This document shows positions 47,905-64,000 of a stretch of DNA of 64,000 bases, in pieces. The stretch comes from Octopus vulgaris. Taxonomy: Eukaryota. The DNA is taken from positions 74,276,001 to 74,340,000 of the forward strand of contig OX597819.1 in the NCBI GenBank assembly GCA_951406725.2. Direction: 5' to 3'. Position 1 is the first letter of the stretch; each line of letters starts with the position of its first letter. A program made the translations under genes and the position numbers. The notes below the pieces were generated by a model. That model worked only from the letters and a program-made list of their open reading frames with translations, was not told where the DNA came from and did not search any database.

Positions 47905-48390
47905 GTGAATCGTAGTGGTATGTTAGCGAGTCCCGCCCGACCCACCAGCGGGTCGTTTCTTAATTTCTTTCCTAAGGGCTTTCTGAGAGCCGGAATGCTC
48001 GATTGCTTTGATTTGTGCAAAAGCACAAATCAAAGCAACAATTTTTTTAAATAGATTTCTTCTATTTTCTTTTCGATTTTCTTCTCATTCACCATGTAAT
48101 GAGGTGAAATAAAAGATTGAGTGTTGAGAAAATTTTATTTGCCATTGAAACTAAAATGGTTCTTTTTGAAAAAAATCGGGCGATTTTCCAGTAGAAACAA
48201 GGAAATCAAAATTATCGTACTTGCCATGGAAATCAAAATAGTTCTTTTCGAAAAAAGTCAAGATCTTCCACTAGAAAATACCCCAAATTTTTAATTGACC
48301 ACGGGTAGGTCGTGTGGTATATAGGATGTGATATGAAGTAGGGTACCACACGACCCTCCGGTAGGACGTGGGTATCTAACACTACCTATG
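47905..48390. mobile_element. MITE-like element containing a perfect 16-bp-arm hairpin (48003-48038)
   Basis: Imperfect terminal IR (tagtggtatgttag...gggtcgt / acgaccc...ctaacactaccta); ttgctttgatttgtgc-aaaa-gcacaaatcaaagcaa. Confidence 0.45.
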
Positions 48391-49931
48391 TGACCCTTGC
48401 CTCACATATGGCATAGTGTAAAAATATTACACCGTTCATGTCACAATTGGGACTCTGGGATAAAATGTAAAATGAGGCTCGGGAGCCTACGTGCTAAAAA
48501 CTTCGCTCACGAATACGGATGGGAGACTGAAATATCATTTTAGATACATGCTGGGATAAGGTAATAAGAGACGGCGAGTAAAAGACTTGCCAACCTTACA
48601 CTTCATAAATATACTCGTACGAAAACCTGCATCACATCATCTACATCGTTTCCAAGAGGAACGTTTATAAGATCTGTGAATAGAGATCGTGCAGGATGCT
48701 TACATTTCCGACTAGTTGGTTACACGACTCACAAAAGTGTGATCTACAGGGCTAATCTGGACAGGAAAAACACGTACTGGAAGTTGTACACATCATTCCC
48801 AGTGTTATTTTAGTTTGCAAGCGCTTTTAAGGAATGTTGCTCTGAATTTTCGTTAAAGGACTCTGGGGGACTGTTTGGTCGTCTCGTTTCTTGCCCGTTA
48901 AGGCTAAAATTCGAAAAAAAAATTTATTTTGAAAAAAAACTTACATAAATTTAATTGAAAGCATCACCCTCACCAACCAACCAACCAACCAGCCAACAAG
49001 AGGTAGGTGTGGGGGTGATTTTAAGAGTAAATTTCGCCTTACCACTCAAAGCAACCCCCTCTTCTTTCTTTCCATGAACAGATACTTTTCCCGCCACCAC
49101 TACCACCACCACTATCATCACTGCGACTGGCAGCAGTAATAACAGCAGTAATGATAGCAATGATATGCCAACAACAACTTGTCAAAGAGCAACAACTCTG
49201 TGGGTTTGGTGTTAGCTGATGGGTGAGAGGGGTGTCAAAAACCATTTAGTTCAGCAAGGGTTTATAGAGATAATCAACTGGTTTTCGTGAATTCTCAAGG
49301 AGGTGATAAGAAAATAAATGGTAAGTTTTAGCAAATAAAATAACGATAGAGAAAAATTGATAACTAAAGGAGTTAGAGAGGGGATAGAGGACGTGTAGTG
49401 AGTAGTAGGGTTAGTTAGTGAGTAAATTAGGAGAGGCGGTTAAGAAAGGTATTGTGAACAACGTGCTAGCAGTGAGAATGGCCCTCTTTTATATCTTCAA
49501 AATGAAACACGAAAATGGCGTTGTCAGAGCTAGGGTATGTGCTCTAAGTCATTGAAGTAATAAAAACCGTTTGATGGGATTTTATGACAGATTTTGATCA
49601 ACTTGGACTACTCGTCTGTTTTCGGTTGCGTCGAGCACAGTTACTTCGCAGCTATCCTAAAAGAATCCTGTTTCTATTCTGTTTTTGAGAAGCTGGAGCC
49701 CAATTAATGTGCAGTAATCTGTAGTTGGTAGTCACAGTAAATGATCACTAATCAGAACTTCTCCGATTGTGACTTTGTTTCATTAAGTGTGTCCTTTCTC
49801 AGTTCTTTTGTATGCAGTCGGGCTCTTGAGTTACTACTGTGGACACTCAAGTTTTTGAAAGGAATCCTATTTAAACTAGAGACGAGGAAGAGTCGTGTCG
49901 GCGTATGACCTTACTATATGACGTTACCATA

Positions 49932-51120
49932 AGGCAGTGAGCTGGTAGAAACGTTAGCACGCCGGGCGAAATGCTTAGCGGTATTTCGTCTGTCTTTACA
50001 CTTTGAGTTCAAATTCCACCGAAGTCGACTTTGCCTTTCATCCTTTCGAGGTCGATTAAATAAGTACCAGTTACGCACTGGAGTCGATGTAATCGACTTA
50101 ATTCCTTTGCCTGTCCTTGTTTAACTCCTCTGTGTTTAGCCCATTGTGGGCAATACAGAAATATATATTAGACGGCGAGCTGGCAGAAACGTTAGCACGC
50201 CGGGCGAAATGCTTAGCGGTATTTCGTGTGCCGCTACGTTCTGAGTTCAAATTCCGCCGAGGTCAACTTTGCCTTTCATCCTTTCGGGGTCGATGAAATA
50301 AGTACCAGTTACGCACTGGGGTCGATATAATCCGTTTGTCTGTCCTTGTTTGTCCTCTCTGTGTTTAGCCCCTTGTAGGTAGTAAAGAAATAGGTATTTC
50401 GTCTGCGTTACGTTCTGAGTTCAAATTCCGCCGAGGTCGACTTTGCCTTTCATACTTTCGGGGTCGATAAATTAAGTACCAGTTACGCACTGGAGTCGAT
50501 GTAATCGACTTAATACCTTTGTCTGTCCTTTGTTTGTCCCCTCTATGTTTAGCCCCTTGTGGGTAATAAAGAAATAGGTATTTCGTCTACTGCTACGTTC
50601 TGAGTTCACATTCTGCCGAGGTTGACTTTGCCATTTATCCTTTCGGGGTCGATTAAATAAGTACCAGTTACGCACTGGAGTCAATATAATCGACTTAATT
50701 CGCTTGTCTTTTTTTTTGTATCCCCTTGAGGGCAGTAAAAGAAATAAGAATCGTTAGCACGCCGGGCGAAATGCGTAGCCGTATTTTGTCAGCCGTGACG
50801 TTGTGAGTTCAAACTCCGCCGAGGTCGACTTTGCCTTTCATCCTTTTGGGGTCGATAAATTAAGCACCAGTTGCGCACTGGGTCGATGTAATCGACTTAA
50901 TCCGTGTGTCTGTCTTTGTTTGTCCCCTCTGTGTTTAGCCCCTTGTGAGTAGTAAAGAAATAGGTATTTCGTCTGCCGTTACGTTCTGAGTTCAAATTGC
51001 GCCGAGTTTGACTTTACCTTTAATCCTTTCGGGGTCGATAAATTGAGTAATAGTTTCGTACGAGGGTCCATGTAATCGACTGACCCCCTCCCCCAAAATT
51101 TCAGGCCGTGTGCCTAGAGT
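49932..51120 (+). repeat. Head-to-tail tandem array of six SINE family 2 units (~175-240 bp)
   Basis: Core gcctttcatcctttcggggtcgata or variants at ~50033, 50271, 50445, 50630, 50833, 51016. Confidence 0.88.
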
Positions 51121-51361
51121 AAAAATAAATAAATAAATAAATAAATAACCACGTTATAATAGATGACCAATGACCAATGTAGTGGCAGTCCAGGTTAGAC
51201 AACAATGCAATAATATGAAGTGTATTAGTCTAACAACGGCTGATTGGTTATGTCGAACGGAGATGTTTATGACAGCAGATAATGGGGAATTGTTTTGTTA
51301 GTTTAAATCTTTTATCAGTCATTTGAAACTGGTCTTTGTGTAACCAGGGTTGAACTATAGA

Positions 51362-51402
<41 letters not shown>

Positions 51403-52379
51403 GCGAGGGAAAGGATGGGGAGAGAAAGATGGAGGGAAAAAACAGAGAGAAGAGAGAAGGGGAGAGAGTAGAGCGGGAAGTGTGTGTACTTTTAACATGG
51501 ATGAACGATTAGTCTGACTCAAAGAAATGAAAATAATACAGTTGATTGCTACACACACATATTACACACGCACACACACACACTATGTATATATAAACAT
51601 ACATACGAAGGAAAATGTTGAGAGTCAAGCAAACTTTCCACTCCACTTCAACATATTGATTGATCAATCAACGACGAAGTCTGTTCATTGCTTTTATGCT
51701 TCATTGTAGACAGCAGAAAAAAAAGAAAACTCCTATTAACTTATACATACATAAATAGATACGCACAAACACACACACATACACAAACGCAACCCCCCCC
51801 CGCATATATATATATATATATATATATTAGCATTAAAGACCCGTCGTTGCCGGGTCATAGTACTAGTGCATGTATATATGTGTATATATATGTGTACATA
51901 TTACATGTACATCTATATATATACATCTACACATAAAATGCAAAATACAAAGTTATATCTTGATATCGCTAGTGATAACAATACTCAAGATATATAACAG
52001 ACTGGAATTGTTAGTTCTTTTTTCTCTACATTGTATACTTTATAGGCAATAGTCTTTTCTTTAATTTAATTTTTTATTATCCATCTGGACTATTCCGTTT
52101 CTGCACGCAAATTTTATTTCTAATTTATTCCCATTCATATGAAACCACTTATTCAAGTTCAAATCATTGATGCAATTTTATACCAATTGCTATTTTTACT
52201 TTTGTTATGTTACGATTATATTATACTTTAGTTTGATTTTAATTATTACTTACTACATATAATTCAATTGTTATTATTATTTTTATTGTTAAAGTGAAAG
52301 CATCTGACATAAAATAGAGAAATATTTTTGTTTCACTTTTAACACGTAATACTGAAATAGTGGAGAAGATATGATATTG

Positions 52380-52545
52380 CTATGGGCTCGCTCTAGGCAA
52401 GAAGTTGAACATTTTTTTGCCCATGAAACTACATGGACCCTAAGTAAGGCATGTGTAAAATTTGAATGAAATTGGTTGTGTAGTTCTCAGGTTTTAGGGA
52501 AACACACAGACAGACAGACACACACACATTCTCAGTTTTATATAT
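52380..52545 (+). mobile_element. Helitron-like non-autonomous 3' fragment
   Basis: aaatttgaatgaaattggttgtgtagttc...acagacagacagac...tttatatatat pattern. Confidence 0.4.
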
Positions 52546-52794
52546 ATTAAGATATATATATAAAGTTAATCCAAACATGAAAATACAAAGAGAAAACACA
52601 ACAACGCGAGTACGTGGAACAAATATAGTATTATTGGACGCTCAGGAAGGAAGGGAAGGAGAGGACTTTACGTTTCGAGCGGAGCTCTTCGTCAGAAACA
52701 TAGGAAAAGGAAAGATCCAGAGAAGGGAAGACGGAGGAAAAAAATCGCCAACGGAACTCACGCGGTCACATTTTGATATATATATATATATATA

Positions 52795-53100
52795 TATGAC
52801 CGTGACCGACCAGGCTATCAGATGTTGCTACACATCGCTGGTCTCAATGCGCTTCGCATTGTTTTAGCCTTCAAATGACGCCACCCCGCTGGCCAAGCGA
52901 GCAGGCCAACAGAAGAAAGAGTGAGAGAAAGTCGTGGCGAAAGAGTACACCAGGGATCGCCGCCCCACCCCCTTGCCGGAGCCTTGTAGTGCTTTAGGTA
53001 TTTTCGCTAAATAAACACTCACAACGCCCGGTCTGGGAATCGAAACCGCGATCCTACGACCGCGAGTCTGCTGCTCTAACCACTTGGCCATTGCACCTCC
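52795..53100 (-). mobile_element. tRNA-headed SINE family 3
   Basis: Pol III box A/B-like motifs in the head; body matches 19715-19950. Confidence 0.78.
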
Positions 53101-54728
53101 ACACACAAACACACACATATAGATGTATACATGCATGCGCATATATATATATATATATATATGCGTGTGTGTGTGTGTGTGTGTGTGTGCGTGTGTGTGT
53201 GTGTGTGTGTGTCTTAAATTTAACCCTGCCATGTATTTATGTAAAGTCTGGTATTTCATCTCTCGGTTTCTTCCTGCCGACACTAAGATGCACCTGCATA
53301 CATACATACATACATACATACATACATACATACATACATACACACATACACACACATACACACATATACACACACGCACGCACACACGCATATACATACA
53401 AACACACACACACGCACGCACAAACATATTTACATACATACAAACATGCATACATACGCTCGTACACATATATATATACATACATACTTACGAACGTCCA
53501 TGCACACACCCACACAAACACATACATATATACATACATATACACATACATACATGGGTAAATATCTATACATGCATATATATATATATATATATATAAT
53601 ATACATACATACACACGTACGTACATAGTACATGCATAAGTACATGCAGATACACATACACACACACTCATACATGCATACAACACACGTGGATGGATAT
53701 ATACATACACACAAATACATGTGTGTGCGCGAGCGTATGTGTGTGTGTGTGTGTACATGCAATCACATACACACACGTAGCTATATATCCAAGCATGCAC
53801 ATACACACACTGGTTTTCGGACGACCCATCTCTGTAGTAACCAAAATGGCCGCCCTTTCTCTTCTACCAAAACAAAGCCAGCCATAATGAGTAGCCGCCC
53901 TCTACAGACGTCTCGCGTTGTACACCTCACACTGCACCATACGAAAGCCACTTTCTTATCTACCTTCCGGCAGACTGTTGCTTTATCTTGGGGGTAACCG
54001 GAAGAACTGCCTGGCTCCAGTTGATTACATCCTGTCTGCCTCATTACTTCAAATATAACAAATCTCTCCACAAAACTGATGGAGACGTTTAGGTTTTCAT
54101 CGCTCTAAATTTCGCTCGCTTCAGCTTTTAAAATTGGCTCCGTTTTACTTACCTTTCTTATTTCCCCTTCTTTCTTTCTCTCTCTTCCTTTTTACACACA
54201 CTCTATCTTTCTTTTCCTTTCTGCACAATCTCTCTCACTCTGTCTCTCTTTCTCTTTCTCGCTTTCTCTCTCGCACAAACATTTATATTTTTCGAGACCA
54301 TGTGATTTCGAGTTGCATGTGTGTGTGTGTGTGCGCGTTATATGTATGCATGCATGCATGTATGAGTGTGTGTATATGTGTATCTGCATGTACGCATGTA
54401 TTGAAGTACATAGATATGTACTATGTATGTACGTGTGTATGTATGTATATATCATATATGTGCATGTGTAAATATGTATGTACGTGTATATGTATGTATA
54501 TATGTATGTATTTGTGTGGGTGTATGTATGGACGTTCGTAAGTATGTATGCAAGTGTGTATGCGTGTGTATGTATGTATGTATGTACGTATGTATGTGTG
54601 TGTGCGCGTGTGTATGTATGTATGTATGTATGTATGTATGTATGTATGTATGTATGCAATTGTCTTCTACTATAGACTCGGGCTGACCAAAGCCTTGTGA
54701 GTGGATTTGGTAACGGAAACTGAAAGAA

Positions 54729-61490
<6,762 letters not shown>

Positions 61491-61839
61491 TATAAATGTT
61501 GCTAGTGTATACTTTTCGGACATCAATTCAGTTGTGATGTCTTATGTTTCTCGTTATATCTTAAGCTAAAATCGTTTAAAATGTTGAGAACACAAGAACA
61601 TTCGGGTAGAACTGCTTCGCTACTTTTGTTGTTTTCAGTGAATGATGCACCTATTTTATCTTATTCAAATTCTTTAGTTAATGATTTACTGTTTTCGGAT
61701 GTAGAGTCTTCATACAGATTATTGGTATTTCTGTTTGATTTTCTTATTCACCTGCCTGGCACCCGTTAAATTATTTCATTACTATGTTCTACTGGTTTTT
61801 TCTCAAGCATCCTTTGGTGGAACACATCTAGCTTTCTAT

Positions 61840-62765
61840 CGATTGTCACAGCGCTCTTCCATTCTAAGAATGATTATGCGGCAAGACCATATAACAAATG
61901 AAGATATTTCAAAGGGAACCAACACAAGTTCGAAGATAAAAACGAACAAATCACGTTCTCCGGTTACTGGAATCACAATATTCTAAAACATGTCGTGAAA
62001 GTGTTTTTATAGAATCGCAAGGTGGTTGTGCTGGTTTGGTGGCTGCGTGGAAATGATGAACAACACCTCGTGAACAATTAGTAGAAGTTTTATTCACTGC
62101 ACACAGTATTTCTCATGCTGTTCTTTAAATGAATACAAATAATAATTTATACTCACTGGGTGAGTCAAACTTTAAACAAAATAATTGGTTACTAATGCTC
62201 TATGACTGCATTGTCACGTTTGGAGTAATATATTAATTTGAAAACAAAAAAATCTGTGGTTGTCAACTGCTTGGTTGAATAGGTAGTTATTAAAACAATT
62301 GTTGCTATACCGTTTCTGCTCCGGTTGAAGAATGAAAGCAAAAATGAGAAAGCTGTTTTCTTTGCGGAGGTCTCCAATATTCTGAAGTTTTATCGCCCAA
62401 AATTCCTATATTTATAATCCCTGTCAGAGGGGTTCTAGAAGATTCTGGAAAGCTGCATCGCGTGATGGTTTGATTCTGATTGGTAAGTTAATCGGCCGAT
62501 CACGTGAAATGATTATGGGTATGTCGTAACTCTTACTCGGAAATTCAAAGATTCGGTTTCGTATCTGCCACACACCTTTCAAAAACACTTTCAGAGGAGA
62601 AAAGAGAGAAAGACCGAAAACAACATGGCGCAGGCCATTCACAACCGACATGAGAGAGGCAAATATCATGTGTTTTGTATGATGGGTGCAGCGAAAACTG
62701 CAGCCAACAGAAACCAGTAGCATCAACTTGCTGCCCAGTGAGCTCGGAGGCACAGGAGGAACTGA
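61840..62765 (+). mobile_element. Highly decayed RTE-like LINE 3' remnants (61840-61985 and 62560-62765)
   Basis: ILRMIMRQDHITNEDI; KRERPKTTWRRPF..D; AANRNQ*HQLAAQ*. Confidence 0.5.
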
Positions 62766-63094
62766 AGCTGAAATTGAACTCTGCAACATATATTTTGTCT
62801 GTGCTGTGTAACACTTGTAATGACATGTTTTTATTCCGTCTGTAATGATATCATCGATAACTTTCCACACAACAGTAGAAGTGGGTAACGCAGGCTTTTG
62901 AAAAACATTTATTAATCGATAGTTAATGGGAAACCAAAATATCATGTTGCCGAAAATGCTTTGCTGAGAATTTTGGTGAATTTTGTGTCTTCAATTCTTT
63001 AACCGCTTCACAAAGACGGTAAAAGGATTTTAACGAATCTTACGACAGTACCGGTTTGAATTTAGATTTTAATCAAAGGATCGAATGAGACGGT

Positions 63095-63330
63095 GGAGGT
63101 GCACGGCTTAGTGGTTAGGGATAGTAAAATTGTGGTTTCCATTCCTAGACCGGGTGAGGTGTTGTGTTCTTGAGCAAAACACTTCATTTCACGTTGCCCC
63201 AGTCCACTCAGATGGCGAAGGTGAGTAACCCTGCGAGAGACCGGCGACCTTTCCCGGTGGGGGATTTATACGTCACGGAAACTGGAAACGGGTCCTATGA
63301 GTCTATTTGACTACACAAGGATCTGCATCC
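63095..63330 (+). mobile_element. tRNA-headed SINE remnant
   Basis: ggaggtgcacggcttagtggttaggg...ttcctagaccggg...ttgagcaaaacacttcatttcacgttgc. Confidence 0.6.
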
Positions 63331-63712
63331 TTTTTTATCCCCTGAAACGAAGGAAATACTTAGATCTACACATCTCACAAATACAGTTGTTTTGTTGTAA
63401 ATTTGGGTCGTCGAAGATAGAGTCACATTGTGAAAAGCAGTTTTTGTAATCCGGTTTAAATTACTATTTCTAATGAAATGTTTACAAATCTGGAGCGGAT
63501 TTTCTGTATAGACCAGTCAAATGCCCTAAAATTAGATGTTTCCCGTTGTATATATAGAAACAGAAAAAATATCAGTTACTAATCTCAGCCGAATTAGATG
63601 GCCATAATTTTATAGAGGGAAATGTCCAAACAGAAAATCACAAGTCCTCTATAACCTCACGTCTGTTGCTGACGATACCATCCTGGTATGCATACATACA
63701 TACATACATGTG

Positions 63713-63747
<35 letters not shown>

Positions 63748-63757
63748 GCACATGTAC

Positions 63758-63806
<49 letters not shown>

Positions 63807-63826
63807 AATCTATGTATATGAGCGTG

Positions 63827-63862
<36 letters not shown>

Positions 63863-64000
63863 ACGGATTTAGACTCTTGACAAGATGAGCATCCTCTTAA
63901 TGTCACTTAATGTTGGCACCAATAGTGTCTGTAAATGCATTGTGGGGAAAAAAGCTACTAATGGCTTCTTAGACTGGTAAACTGGCTTGCATCTTCAAAC

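Noticed and set aside
49932-51120. Regular repeat array as a CRISPR or tRNA cluster
   Set aside because: Eukaryotic context, no unique spacers, units match a dispersed SINE; heads are tRNA-derived but I could not fold a complete cloverleaf
62424-62945. 173-aa minus-strand ORF
   Set aside because: Largely antisense to a decayed RTE-like LINE end; no recognisable motifs or convincing exon context
63340-63470. Cys-rich minus-strand frame (CFSQCDSIFDDPNLQQNNCICEMCRS)
   Set aside because: Preceded by in-frame stops at the only plausible acceptors; no supporting neighbouring exon visible

Overview
AT-rich animal genomic DNA packed with microsatellites, tRNA-headed SINEs, decayed LINEs, mariner elements and MITEs. 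The repeat repertoire looks like an octopus/cephalopod genome (inference). Almost all ORF-track entries are microsatellite artefacts or transposon debris. Hidden among them are two intact, paralogous multi-exon genes in tail-to-tail orientation: gene A (+, exons 6342-6499, 7419-7553, 7686-7916, 10474-10632, first coding exon uncertain) and gene B (-, exons 30879-30876, 30656-30487, 28825-28691, 27605-27375, 25062-24904). Each encodes a ~230-aa secreted, N-glycosylated, six-cysteine, apparently helical protein. Exons 3-5 have identical lengths in both genes (135/231/159 nt) and about 37% hand-counted amino-acid identity. The 1-0-0-0 intron phases match long-chain class-I helical cytokine genes (IL-6/IL-11/G-CSF/GH type). 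These are candidate undescribed invertebrate four-helix-bundle cytokines; that family assignment is inferred and needs structural confirmation.
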